Part shown: in pieces, positions 1 through 14,269 of the stretch
Layout of the letters: each line of letters begins with the position of its first letter
Position numbering within the stretch: position 1 is the first letter of the stretch
From: Torpedo marmorata
Lineage: Eukaryota
Reading direction: 5' to 3'
Length of the DNA: 64,000 nucleotides
Assembly: GCA_977017645.1 (NCBI GenBank)
Contig: OZ360243.1
Location: forward strand, 51,026,001-51,090,000
Translations under genes and position numbers: made by a program
Notes under the pieces: generated by a model
What the model was told of the DNA's origin: nothing
Database searches by the model: none
Seen by the model: the letters and a program-made list of their open reading frames with translations, nothing else

Positions 1-277
1 TAGGAGACTGAGGGTTGACCAAAAAAAATGAAGTGGGAAATGAGTACAGAAGGGATGGACATGAGGTACGTCCAGTGAAAACCACACCAGTTTTGTGGGG
101 CATGAGGAAAGAGAGATTCAACATGATGGTTATCAGCATACAAGCTGCAACCTAAAGTCAGAAAGCTGAGTAATTTATTGTAGACCCAGAAACACTTTCA
201 ACAATCTTCACCTCATACCAATCAAGCAAGCTACCCAGGTTCTTCCCATTCTTCAACCCACCTATCAATCTATATAA

Positions 278-820
278 AACTATGGCCAGGCTGTACTTGT
301 GGAGTATTGTGTGGAATTCTAGTCGCAGGAAGTATGTGGAGGCTTTGAAGAGGCTGTAGAAGTGGTTTCACTAGGATGTTAGCTGAATTAGAGGCCATGA
401 GGTATCAGAAGAGGTCTGACAAACATGGGTTGCTTTTTCTGAAGCATCAGAGACTGATGGGAGACCTGATAGAAATTTATAAAAAATATGAGATTCATAA
501 AGGGTAGAAAATAAAAGTCTTTTTCCCAGAGTAAAAATGTCATATACCTGATGACATGCATTTAAGGTGAGGGAGGAGAAAGTTTAAAGGAGATGTGCAT
601 GGCAGGTTTTTAACACAGAGAGAGGTAGGTCCCTGGAACGGGCTGCCAGTGGTAGTGGTAGAAGCAGATACAATAGTAGCATTTAAGAGGCAGAGAATAG
701 AGGGATACATATTATGTGCAAGCAGCAGAGTGTTAGTTTAATTTGGCATCGTGTTCAGCGTAGACATCGTGGGCCAAAGGGCTTGCTCCTGAGTTGTACT
801 GTTCTATGTTCTATGTTCTA
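278..820 (+). mobile_element. CR1-type LINE 3' fragment (degenerate)
   Basis: Decayed CR1 RT C-terminal motifs (LEYCV.F.S, RL.GDLIE.YK, FF..RV...WN.LP) and a (GTTCTAT)n 3' tail at ~800-820. Confidence 0.8.
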
Positions 821-3800
821 ATCTTCTCCCCATATCATTCAACAGCACTTTGATGCACTTACCCACTTCTCACACAATTTCACGCATCTTTAACCAAATC
901 AGTCAATCCCACATGTCCACTTTCTATATTCCTCAGTCTCACCATGCACTTCCCCATATCGCTCTTCCACGACAACCCACCCTGTTCCCACAGTTCTCAA
1001 TCCCATAAAGTTATACGTGCATCCAGTCGTTCCTTTCCCTTAGTTTTGCTGTCCATGTAAATTTCCCAGTCAGGCCATTCCAAAATTTGGTCATCTTTGC
1101 TAACAAAATTGTCCTGGACTCACCTTTAACTTCTTCGTTTATAATTCTTTCCCTTTGGGATTTGAAACATTTACTGTCAGGAAATGCACAATGACTTTGG
1201 ACAGTTTTCCTTTAAAGTCAGGTGATCACCATATACTGTTACTTTCTTCATCCTACAATGTGAAAACTACTAACTACTGCTGTCATTCTTAACTTTAATT
1301 TTCTGACTCAACAGTCACACACTTGATGACACACGACAGACTAAAATTCTTTGGAGAGTGGGCTACCACATAAGAAAACTAAGCTGTGAAATATTGAATG
1401 TGAATACTGCTATGTAACCAAACTTCCCAGTCTCCACTTCATCATCGCACTCTTGCCACCAGTACAGTACATTTCGTAAAGGGTATTTAACATTTCTTGA
1501 ACATTCTACCTTGTACAGGAAGACTGATCAATTAACTCCTGTTGGTGACATTTATGACAATAACTCCCAGTTAAAAAGACAAGCTGTGCACCATCTTTCA
1601 GAATGGGGCAGATGAGCCTGAGCCTAATAGAAAGACACATTATTTAACTTTGAAATCAACAGTAAGAAAATTAGATGTGATGTTTAACAGACCATTGGTT
1701 GCATATTCCCACTTTTATACGATCAGCCAAGGTTTAAATTATCCCAAAGTGCAATGCAAACATGAAAGCTGACATTTTATGATTCAAAAAGGTGTCAAAG
1801 CATGTTTCCTCCACTGCAATCCCTTCAACCCTGACAGGAAGTTACTCCACAGACACAGAGTGGATGTGAGAGCTGGGTGCCCATATAATTCTGGCCCAAC
1901 GTTCCTCCTGTTGACTTTGGTAACAGCATGAAGTCAGGCGACAAATCAAATGAATGCCCAGATTGAATTGGTTTAAAATTAGGGTCTCTTTTGCTTTCTG
2001 GAAAACCTTTTGCTCATAGAAAACACATGGTGGAATATCCTTTGGACTGTTGGAATCTGAGATTTTGTTTTCCTCAGCTACAAAATGACTGTTAACGTCA
2101 TCTGTGTATTTTTATTTTTGGAAAGGAAATCAAGTGGTCAGTTTGAGCTGATTCATCCCGACTGTAACATTCCCGTAATCCAGGCATAACTTCATTCCAT
2201 GACAACATGAATCTGATAATATCTTCTTGCAGAAACACATTTAAAGCAACCAACAACAGAGAACTTCTGTGATTGTGCAGTAAGGTGAGGAAGCTATTGT
2301 AAAGAGAGGGTGGTGGGGACCTTTTGCAAGACACCTTCCCTACTGTCTGTTATGGCTTTGGTATAAGAACCATAGAAGCTTTGGAGTAACAACTGTTCTG
2401 GCCATTCTATGCCAAAACTACAGCAGAAGTAGTAAAGAAGTGCACCCTCTTCATCACCTATTACCAACGTTTCATTGAGTAGTAGATCTTGTGTTGGGAA
2501 ATTGGAACTCATTTTCCAAAATGAAATGAATGTTGGTGGGCCATTGGGGCTTTAAAAATTGAGATGGATAGATTTTTATTGGTTGGGTTTATTGAGGATA
2601 TGAGGAAAAGATTTAAAAAATGGAGCTGAGGTACAATTTGGGCACTATCTGCTAAAATGTCAGATCAGGTGATTCTTCATATGTTCCTAAGATAGTCAAC
2701 CTATTTCAGTGTCAGTTACTCACTATTTGTCTCTCATGTGATTAATAATATATGATTAAGTTTAGGTGAAAGGTCTTAAAATCTATGGAAACCATGATTT
2801 CTATTTAGTTTGGGAGGTCCTACAGATGTGAAAGAGAATATCTTTTAGATCTTACTCATAACCAATACTTAACAGTAATCGATTTTATTCTAAACATCAA
2901 TGGGATTTAAAATCCACGCTTAATCAGACTTTGTGTGACACATCACACTGCCATCTTCATCCATCTCAGACAAGTCCTGTTCCACAACTATCAAAAGAAT
3001 CTGAGCCCACATTCTGTTTTTTTACCTCCTCCTTTGAAGGGTGGGGTGGGGTGGGTGTCAAATCCTCGGTGGCCCAGAATGCTCATGCTTTTATGCAATT
3101 TGCCATTCTTCGTGTGTGTTAACAAGATATTGAACTTTGGGGTTTCCTTCCAAACACTTTTTCTTTGGAATGCAGCATCTGAGAGGATACAATGCGTATT
3201 CTCCATCAACATCCAGAATCATTTTCAGACCAACTGAAAGCAGGTAGTAATGGGGGAGAGGGTATAGATGGATATTTAGCACTCATAACACATTCAGTGA
3301 TGATGGAAGAACAATGGTATGACCCATATTTACAACCTGGTCACATGAATCCATAATCAAAGTTTGATATCCACTTAATAATTCTAGCTGAAGTGAGCTT
3401 CAAACCCTGCATCTTCTGCCTGATGATTTGGGAAGGCTTCTGTTGAACAAATGACTCCACTCTAAATATTCACTTTTTTCACCAATGGCACATGAAGGTT
3501 GTCACATGTATCAAATCCAAATCCACTTGCAACTTGCAAGGCTTTTGAACAACACCTCCCAATTCCATGACACCAGGAAAGAAAAAGGCAGCATATGTTT
3601 GAGAATATCACCACAGGAAGATTCTTCTCTAAATGCCACATTATCCTAGCTTGAAAATGTAGTGTCATTCCTTTATAACTTTGGGTGTAGGTCCTGGAAC
3701 TCCCTTCTCATGAGCAATGTAAAAGCATCTGCATTATATAGACTACAACAGTTCAAGAAGGCAGCTTACCATGATCATTTCAAGGGCAATTAGGAGTGAG

Positions 3801-4299
3801 AAATAAATGCTGGCCTTTTCCATATCCAGTGTACGAATAAAAAATAAACAAGATTTGCTGCTCTGGCAGGGTGAAAACAGAATAATCAGGATTGAGATTC
3901 ATGGCTGATACTACCTCTTGCTGAATGAAATGCTCTAAATACTAGAATGAGTAATATCAGCAAACGCAGCATAAATGCTTAAATGAACCTGGAACCTATG
4001 TTGTGTATGTGTCAGGGTCACATGGAATGCTGCCCTGGGCAATTAATAAGATAATTCATTTCAAAAATTTGATATGTTGAGATAGATGAAGATGGAAATT
4101 GTGTGTGTCTTGACATGATCTATTAAGCATTAATGAGGACTTATTAGAAACTGTAAAAACATCAATAAGCCTGAAAGATTGATATTGGTTAGTGTGGAGT
4201 TGACTAATCACATTCAAGCAACAAAATTGGTTATAATTATCTTAAGAACCACAAGGCTACATTATAATATAATTCCAGATCAACAATGCCCTGCAGTCT

Positions 4300-5035
4300 T
4301 ATACAGTCCCATCCCTCTTTGCTTCAGTACCTTCCCTGTCCACTGTAGTTCATCCTTTTGGTGCCTCATTGTCCATTGTAACTTGGCGATTTGGTACCAC
4401 ACTAACCTTTCATCTCATCCCACCAGGACACTCACTGTTTGTCTATTTAGTGCACTTGCAATCCCATCATAAGCTTCAGTATCTTCATTTACCATTGTAA
4501 CCTATCCCTTTAGTACACTCACTTTTGTCTTGTAATTTGCTTCTTCAGCATCTGAATAGTCACATCAAAAATTGGTTTGCTTTGTTCGTTTGCAATCCTA
4601 TTTTGCCATCTCTTTGTTCAGCCGCATCAAAAAACATCTTTCTCCCTCTTGATCCTATTGTTGTTTGTCTGTTTTGTATGTTTGTTGTCCCATCATAACT
4701 AATCTATTTATGAACCCTCATTTTCCTATCTATGTAATTTTTAGGTATCTTTTCTCTTCATTTTTCTCATTCCATCATTTTGCTCATTGCATCACTATCC
4801 AATCATAAGTTGTCCATCTAGTAGTTTCATTGGCTCCTTGCAACTCATTTCTTTGGTACCTCCACTGTCGCATTAAAACTTGTGGCTTCAGAACTCTCTT
4901 TATTCAATCACAACACTCCTCTTTTGTTCTCTCACAACATCATGAAAGGTCATTTCAGTCCCATCATAACTTTACCTAGTCATTTTCCTACTGCCTAATT
5001 GTAACCTTACCCTCACTATTCCATTGTAACTTTTT
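4300..5035. repeat. Degenerate ~35-bp pyrimidine-rich tandem repeat, block 1
   Basis: Recurring motif like TTTAGTACCCTCATTGTCCCATCATAACT at roughly 35-bp spacing; period estimated by eye. Confidence 0.5.
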
Positions 5036-5489
5036 CATTAAACAGAAGAACGCAAATAGAAGCAGGAATAGACCAGGCTGAAAAAGTGGCTTTAAAGATC
5101 ACCTAGGATCCTAGCCTTTATAAGCAGGCAGAGAATGAAAGAGGAAGAATCATGATGTATTTTTTTTATCAAATACCAGTTTTTCACAACTAGAGGATTG
5201 TGTTTAATTCTGAGTGCCACACTTTAGGATAGATGTAAAGGCTTCAGAAAGCATGCAAGGCAGTTTTACTAAAATAATTACAGTTTTGTGGGAGAGATTG
5301 TTGAAATTCTCCTTGGAACAGAGATTATGAGGTATGGGATAAAGATACTCAAAAAACATGAAGTATGTCGTTAGAGGAAAACTTTCCATCAGCAAAAGGG
5401 TCTAGGATGCACTCTTGGAGGTAATAGTGGAAGTAGATTCAATTGTAGTGATTATGTAATAAGGCCCTTTGACCGTGTTCCATCATTCT

Positions 5490-6289
5490 TTTCTTTTTAA
5501 AATATTTTAATTGAGTTTCAACAATAAACATGTATACAGGGTAACAAGATTTTTTAAAAATTCAAAAAATCAGCTGGTATTCATACATGTATATAAAAAA
5601 AACTAAGTAAATTGTCGTAACTAAATTCTTAATATAGGTTCATATAAGTTCCTTATAATTATCTTTAAAAAAACCACTTGAAAATAAAATAAAAAGAAAG
5701 AAAAAAAAAGACAAAAAAAAACCACTAATAACTACGGTAATCTATTCTAACCCCTCCCTCTAAGCAAGGTTACCTTGATATTGTAAAAAAGGATATGGAT
5801 CCTGTAGCGACCTCCAAGCATCGGACAGAGAGTCCCCGGGATAGTCAGTTTTGTTAATTCTTCCAATCATGATAGTATTCAATGAATGGCCCCCAGTCTA
5901 AACTTAAACTATCACGTTTTTACTCTGACATAGATCCATTGTGTGAGAGATGTAAAATTTCTGAAGCTTCACTGATACATATGTTTTGGGAATGCCCCAA
6001 TTTGGAGAGATTTTGGAAGGATATTTTTAAATCTTTATCATTGATTTTTAAGATTAATATTGAACCATGTCCTATAATTGCTCTGTTTGGTTTTTCATGT
6101 GAACTTAACATACCGTTGTCTGCATCACAGGAAAAAGTTTGAGCTTTTTCCACGTTGATTGCCAGACGGGCAATTTTATTGAAATGGAAAGATGAGTTAT
6201 CACCGACACATAGACAGTGGTTACTAGATGTAATGTCCTTTCTGAGTTTGGAGAAAATTAGATATAATATTAAAGATAGAAAGTTTAAA
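5490..6289 (-). mobile_element. L1-clade LINE insertion with 5' inversion and 14-bp TSD
   Basis: TSD TGTTCCATCATTCT at 5476-5489 and 6290-6303. The A-rich tail and 3' UTR read on the - strand at left; the ORF2 zinc knuckle (CERCKISEASLIHMFWEC) reads on the + strand at 5882-6289. Confidence 0.85.
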
Positions 6290-6739
6290 TGTTCCATCAT
6301 TCTACAAGATCATGGCTGATCCTGTACCTTGTCTATTTTCTCACTCGATCCTCATAAATACTGATCCCTTTGCTGTTCAAAGATGTATCAATCTCAGCTT
6401 TGAACACACTCAAATACCAATCACCCACAGCCTTCTGAGATAGAGAACGCCAAAGATTTCCAACCATTTGCATGCAGAGAAGTGTTCCTCATTACAGTTC
6501 TGAACACCTCATCCTTTATCCTGAGGCTTAGACCACTAGTTCTGCAGTTTCAAGCCAGAGGAAATAGCCTCTTGGCATCTACCCTGTGGCCCTCTCAAAA
6601 TCTTGTCTCAATTAATAACTTTGCATTTTTATATGTTAATCTCTCCTCATAGGACAACTGTTTTCATCCCAAGTTGGTGATCCCATGGCCCCACACGAGA
6701 AATAGCTCACTAAAAATTGTTATTCTTATTGACTATGTT

Positions 6740-7610
6740 GCATCGTAACATCGATTTATAGTCCTTTCAATCCACAAAGTCCTATTATGTATCCTTCTAG
6801 TACACCCTCTTTTCCATCATATTTTGTCTCTTTAGTCTGCCAGTCACATCAAATTCCATCTCATTAGTATGCTTATTGTCAAATCAGAGCTCATCATTGA
6901 AATGCTCATTATTCCATCATGTTTCATTCACTTAGAACCCTCAGTATCTCTTTGGTATTTGTCCCTTTCGTACCCTCATATTCCGATCATAACTTGTGTC
7001 TTTTGTACGTTCATTGTTTCCATGTAACTGGTCTATTTATATCCTCGGTATCCCATGTTTAATGCTTTTCTAAATGTTCTTGGTGTTTTCTCATAACATT
7101 TCCCTTCTCTTTCCCATTATAACTCATCTGTTAGCTACTTCTGAAGTCATCACAAGTATTCTCGCTGTTCCATTGTAATTTATCTCTAGTACCCTTGGTG
7201 TCCTGTTGTGACTTATCCATTTAATAATCTCAACTCATTGAAAGCTTCCCTTTAACATCTTTATTCTCCCATTTTGGCTCATCATTTTCAATACATTTAC
7301 TACCCTATCCAGGTTCATTCATTAGCACCTCAAGATCCCGTCACATCCCATCTCTTCATGGTTCTCATCATTCCATTAAAGTTCATCCCTTTAGAAACCT
7401 TACTGTCTCATTATATTAATCAAGAACATCCAATGTCCCATGTATTTCACTCTATTCACTTCATCTATCATCCTAATTCTCTCATCTAAGCCTGTTGTAC
7501 CATATTCATCTCATCAAAACATATCCTTGAATTAATTTGACTCATCAATGTCTATCCCTATAGTATCCTCATTTTAAACTTTCTGATGCTCTATTGATTC
7601 CTCATAATCA
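6740..7610. repeat. Degenerate ~35-bp pyrimidine-rich tandem repeat, block 2
   Basis: Adjacent units TTTCGTACCCTCATATTCCGATCATAACTTGTGTC and TTTTGTACGTTCATTGTTTCCATGTAACTGGTCTA near 6966-7035; same motif as block 1. Confidence 0.55.
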
Positions 7611-8679
7611 CAACGCCTTTGCAGTTCTGCTATAGCCAGCCCTGAGGAATATCTCACTCATCTTTTTTATTCATGATTGTTTATTACTCTAAACAAGCAA
7701 CTCCTCTGTATAAGGATATTCCTTCTGACATATTTTGTTTTTCCTTTAGTTTGTATGCCTGTCTTTGGTTCATCCACACTCATTATGTTAACAATTTATA
7801 TTCTCTCACCACGGCTTCCTTCAACCCACTTCTCTCCAGGCAATGAGATTAGATGTTTTTACCCTTTCCAAAGAGTCATATTACATAAATATTTAATATT
7901 AGCAGTTAAACAGGAAAGTCTGCTGATGCTGGGGTTGCAGTGCAAGGCACAAAAGTGCTGTCGATTAGCAATCTTCCAATCCTCCGTCTCCTTTCCTAGG
8001 ATTAGGAACTGATGGAAAGAGCTTCTACAATTTCTTACCCAGTGTTTTATTAAGTAACCTTGGATATATGTCATCCAGGTTTAGCAACCTATTTATATTC
8101 AAGGATTCTAAAGCCTATAATATATCCTCCCTTTGATATCATCAAAGTAAGGGGTAGACAATTCAAGACAGAAAATTTCTTCACCTAGATGGTGGTGAAT
8201 CTTTTGAGTTCTCTACCCACGAAGGTTGTAGGGTCTCAGTCATTGAGCGTGTTCAAGATGGAGATCAATACATTTTTAAATATTAAGGGAATCAAGAGAT
8301 GTGAGGTTAGTGCAGGAAAACTACACAGGGGTAAAAAATTAGAATCACAGACCAAGCACTTAAGGCAACTTGGCTACACATGCTTCCCTTTCTGCTATTC
8401 CTTTGCTAAATCTGACCAAATTATGAACACCATCATAAATATGCTCTGCTACTGATATTTCTTTCACCTAATCAACTACCCATAACTTATTGAATCTGCA
8501 ATCTACTAATTAGCAAAGTTCTCCTAAATGGACTTTTGGAATTTTGTACTCTGCCCTTTACATTGATTATATCCCAGTTAATATCAGGTCATTGAAATTT
8601 TGTACGCTACTTACAAATTGCTCTTCTGACATCTTCAGATTCTTTGGAGGTATATATCATACTCATTCAAAGTTAACAT

Positions 8680-9460
8680 AAAGTTGTAGTGTTTTATAGT
8701 GCAGAAACAAGCCCTTCAGCCTAACTTGTCCATGTCGACCATGTTGTGGCCCATATCCCTCTAAACTTTTCTTATACATGAACCTGTCTAAATTTCTTAT
8801 AAATGTTGCAATCATACCCACCTCCGTCACTTCCTCTGGCTGCTCATTCCGTTACCCACCATCTTCTGTGTTAAAAAGTGCCTCTCAGGACTCTTTTAAA
8901 TCTTTCCCATCTCACTTTAAATATATGCCCTCTGGTCTTAGACTCCCCTACCCTGGGAAAATGCCTATGACTATTTACATTATCTATGCCTCTCATGATT
9001 TTATATATCTCAATAGAGTTCCCCCTCAGCCTCCCAAGCTCCAGAGTTAGAAGTCCCAGACTATTCACCCTCTCATAATTCAATTTCGATAAGATTCTTG
9101 TGAATCTTTTCTGCATCCTTTCCAGCTTAATGACATCGTTCCAAAAGCTGGATGACTAGAAATGTGCAGAAGACTCCAAGTGTGTACCCAAAGTCCTGTA
9201 CAGTTGTAATATGATGATTCAGGCCCTGTACTCCACCCCCTGACCGATAAAGGCACAGGTACCAAACACCTTCTTCACCAGTCCGTCTACTTCTGTCACT
9301 ACTTTCATCAGGCTATGTACCTTTCTCTATTCTACCACACTCTCATTTACTGTGTAAGTTCTGCCCTGCTTTAACCTACCAAGGGACCACACCTCACACT
9401 TGTCTGAATTAAATTTCCTCTGCCATTCCTTGCCCACTTTTCCAGTTTATCTGGATCCTC
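8680..9460 (-). mobile_element. CR1-type LINE fragment
   Basis: ORF 8871-9116 (QKRFTRIL...RLRGNSIEIYKIMRGID...SKTRGHIFKV) is a CR1 RT C-terminus. Confidence 0.85.
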
Positions 9461-12400
9461 CACCACACCTAGAATCCGAATTCTTTCCTATACTCACATA
9501 TATTATTCCTATTCTCTAGTGACCAGTGCCATACCCAGGCCATCCCCATGTACTGTAGAGGGACATCTGCAGAGTAACACTTCATTGTTCTGGTCATCTA
9601 TCGCAGAACTGCATTATGTGTTTTTTTATATTCATGCCGCTTACAGTCAAATATCTTGCTGACACACATGGTTAAGGCCGAGATGTGATAGTCATTCAGG
9701 GAAGGAAAGCTATAGGGCATTTCTGGATGTATACTCCAACAAGTGTCCGTAGAGTTAGAAATTATTAAATTAAACCAAAGGGTCATTCAGCCCCACATAG
9801 TTTAGGTAGAATTGGATGAGGTCAGGTCATAGGGATCTGGCCAGAAAGGAACTGATCAGATCCACTGTGCCTTTCTGTACAGTTTGTGCTATACAATCCT
9901 CAGAATTAAATTCTATAAAAAGAAACATCAGGAACTTCATAGAGTTCACACAAATAAAAGTGAGTCTGAATATACAATTATGTGAATTTAAAAAAAAATT
10001 ATTACTCATCCATGAACCACACCAAAACTATCAAGATCACAGTTTATACACGATTCTCCACGAAAATGAGAAAATCCTGTTTTACCACTTGTTACACAGA
10101 ATGCAGGACTGTGTAATATTAGGATATCTTCAAACTAGATGGGGAGGGGGGCATGTTGCATTGTTTACATATATATATATAAAACAATGGAACCTGTCAA
10201 TGAGATACAGGCTGGAATTAAATCCAAGGGACTCATAGGGTTTTATATATAGAATTCAAATACCCAGAATAAGTAACAGGCTGGGCCTAAGTGAGGGGTT
10301 CCAAGAGTTTATATAGAGAATAACAGATATCGGAAAATGAGGCATACAGAGGAATCGAATTAATGGATTTGTTTTGACACATTTTGAACCCTAATTTCAG
10401 TTCCCTCTACATCATTGACCTATCATGAAAAATATTTTGCCCACTGGTTCCCCAGTGGCAATTTTTTAGTTCCAACATGAATCAAGAGTAACCTCTCATC
10501 TCATCCATAAGGTGGTACCTATCACAACAGAGAATTATTGACTATGATTTCATCAGTATATATTTCCGAAGCAAATTACCCATATGTCCATATATTTGTA
10601 CAATCTATGTAAAAGTATTCTATGGTTGTTAGTTAAATGTTTCTTGATTGAAATGCCTGGGCTTATAAATCGAGGATATGTACTCTAAAATGGATAAAAT
10701 TGCTGAGGAATCTTGGACAGCAGTAGAGGATAGCATTGCATGAGTGAATCTCCAATACAGTACTATCAAATTCATTTGATAAAGGTGCATATTGTGAAAT
10801 CTAGGGAGAACTGTCCCACCATTAATAACCACCCTTCTAACACACTGCTTTTCAAAACAAAGCCCATGTTAAAGGTGGCAGTGTGCTGATTATGACCAGC
10901 TATTTCAGTAATTATCATTATCTTTAGGTGGACGTTTTAAAAGACTGAACTGATTAAAACTAAAAGGCAAGTGAGGGGAGAGTGAGTCGTGACTTTGTGC
11001 CATCAGGAGCCACAACAGGTTGCTTGCCCAGACCACTTCACATCTCTTTGTACTAAGGTGATGCTTGACATTCTTTTCTAAGAATTATTATTTGACTGAT
11101 TCACAAAATAGAAGTATAAAGGGTTACTTTAATCTTCTTGTTGTGATACTTGCACCACAGAGAATCTATGTTTGTTATATAATGTAATAAATTTCTAAGT
11201 AAAAGTTTATCATCTTTTATCAGACGGACTGTTTGTTTGAATTTGAAAAGAAAGTATTTTGCTTGCTCTGAGCATCGAGATGACAAGGCAAGCCTATATT
11301 TAATTTATCATCAATCACATCATACCAGGTTTGTTTTCCATTGTGATTTTAAACCCTAAAGAAGAAATATTTTAATCTTCAACTTTAATAGCTCAACGAA
11401 GGCCTGCTTGTCATTCTGTCCCTACACTCTACTATTGGTTATCCTCAGACAGGGTAGCAGGACTACAATTGACTTGGCACTTTTAGTACTCCTGTCCACT
11501 ATCTAGTGATTACAACATTTGTGTAGGTTCATCTGGACATTGAACAATGTTATTATCCAGCTGTGATGTTTGCATAGATCCACAGCCTGCCAGCATTCAC
11601 CAGGCTCACTTTTACAGGTATCAGATGTATGGATATGATGTACTCAGGTAAAATATAACAAAATAAATAAGTGCCAAGTCACATACGACAAGTTGATGTA
11701 CAGATTGTGCTTATTATATTAATGGAAAAATTTGTCTTAGTCAATATTCTACCTGTTTTACACTCAAGCATGTGAAAAGATCAGGTTAGGCATGAATGAT
11801 ATTGGTTGTAAATTGATACACATTTGTGTATTAAACTATAATCACGGCATCTGCAGACTTTCTTGTTTAACTCCTTAGTTGCAAATTGGATGGGTTTAAG
11901 CAAGGTGGGTTAGAACTATAAACCTGCAGGGACTAAAACAGGGAGACATATATAAACTGATCTAATTTCATTAAAGAGAGTAAATAGGGTGAATGAAATC
12001 AGACAACAAATTTGCTTTCATTCAAGTTAAATTTCACTACATTTTGGTTGCAATTCTCAGTCTAGATAACCAGTTGTCATTATAACACAGTGGTAAACAT
12101 GCAGATAAGTTTGCTGCTTGATCTATTCACCAATTAAAAGTTACAAATTACAACTATGTCCAAGTCATATTGGTGTCCCTCTGACCAGTTAACCACCCAA
12201 ACGCGCTAAAAATATTGGCCATGTCTTATTCCCCGTGTGGGGGGTGGGGGGGGGGGGGTGGGTGTGAGAGTTGTGGGATTGAGCAGAGAGGGAGTAAGGG
12301 TAAGGGGTGGAGAAGTCACAGAATGGAGAATGTTGATGTTCTTTCCATTCTGAAAGGGGTGACCAAGGTTTCATGGGAGAGAATGCAGTTGCCAGTTGTG

Positions 12401-14269
12401 TCTGTACAAATACAGCTCTGTGTTCTCAAAAATTCCTACCTTCGTTTTTTTCTCAGTTTATCATTTGGTAAGCATACCTTATTTTTGGCTTCACAAAATC
12501 CTGCATCTTTAATCTATTCTCCCTAATATCTATACCCCATGCTTCCTTCCTGCGCTTTTTCTAACTTTCCATATGCCATTTTACTGCTGTTCCCTCTTCC
12601 CAAGTCTCTCAGTCCCTTTTCCTTTCCTAGCTTAATTTTACCATTCCTACTTCCAGTTTTCTATCCCCTGATTCTTTTCCCCTGACTTCCTTTTTCCTGT
12701 CTCATGTCCACCTTTTCTTTCATTCCACTAGTGGGAGTCTGAAATCGTATAATAGATATTGGTTACTAACATCCCCTGAAACAAGAGATAGGGATATCGC
12801 AAAAAGGAAGGTCCTGAATATGATTGAAAAAAGGAATTCTCAACGTATCCCACAAAAAACAAATGTGGCTTGGAACCTTATGGAAATATGGGTTCCCCTA
12901 GTTATGTCTTTGATTTAGAGGATGTATGGAGTTAAAGAGGAAGTGTGACAAGTTCATCTAGGTAAAGGATGGGAACTGACTGGACTCTGTACAAGAGGAA
13001 AGCAAAAGCTCTGAGGATTTCCTGGCATGGAGGTACAGAATGCCCCGAGTGAAAATGAGCCAGAGAATCAGGTGGCTTGAAGTGGCAGAAGACATCTGAG
13101 GTTATATGGATGCAGATAGGAAGAGACTGGTCAAGGGGAGAAAACAGAATCAGTGGGAGAAAATCCATGGGATAAAAACAGGCTGAAACAACAGGACTCC
13201 CAGAACAATCCTGCATGGGTCTTTGGCCTCCAAAACTGTTCAAAAGAAAATTAACATGTGCATGAGAAACTGTCCCATATCTTCCATTTTGGCATATTAA
13301 AACATTTAGTACTCAAGAATGAATTTTACAATGTTGAATCAAGGGAACCATGTGCAGTATGGTTTTGGGTTTTGAATGCACCTCTGATTACAGATACGGC
13401 ATCTTAAAGATATTCCATGCCCCTTGATTTAGTGTTTTCACAGTCTGAGACCCACACATAATGCAATGTGATGACACATGCATTTGGCCTCAAAGCTATG
13501 CTGGTCGACAGTTCCATTTCACATTTGCTGCATCATGTGTTTCATCAAAATACTTTTTCAAGAGTCGAGAATTGCAAACAACAATTCTTTATATTTCTCC
13601 AGATCTTTCTTCTCAATTTACTTTCATTATTATTTGGATCATCCCCCATAATCTTTGATGTCTCCAAAGTGATGCCATCGTTGGGTATATCCTCCCCCTC
13701 CCCTTTCATCATTCCGAAGGGACTAATGCTCTGGTTCCCTCTTTCATTTCCACCAAACTTTTGCCCATTCACCACCCCCCCCCCTCCACACACACACACA
13801 CACGTTTTAAAAAATAAACTTGTTTTATTTCTAACTTTTCCTAAACCTGATGAATGTGCATTGATCAGAAATATTAAGTGTCATAATTAAACCTAACATA
13901 AGGAGTGTTTGCAACATTCTCTGTTATTTTATCATGGAATCCACTATTCTTGTGGCATGGGCACAATTTGTTTCGTAGGGTCCTGAGATTATTTCTCATC
14001 TCCTCCTATATTTTCTGAAATGTCAAAGGTGGCTTTGATACCATCATGTTACTGTACCTCAAGTCTTTCAAATAGTTGGATAAAAGAAAATCTTTTGAAC
14101 CAGTTTTTACCCAATTAAAAAATTATTTACAGGTTACTGTCACTTCCAAATACAATAATGTGAGAATGAATCAAAGTAAAACACACACATACAATACATG
14201 CGAACATTCAAATATCCATGTAAAGGTGAATTGAGCAAATTATATATAAGGATATATAATTATATATAA

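Noticed and set aside
12500-12725. Pyrimidine-rich tract
   Set aside because: Low complexity with no clear period or structure
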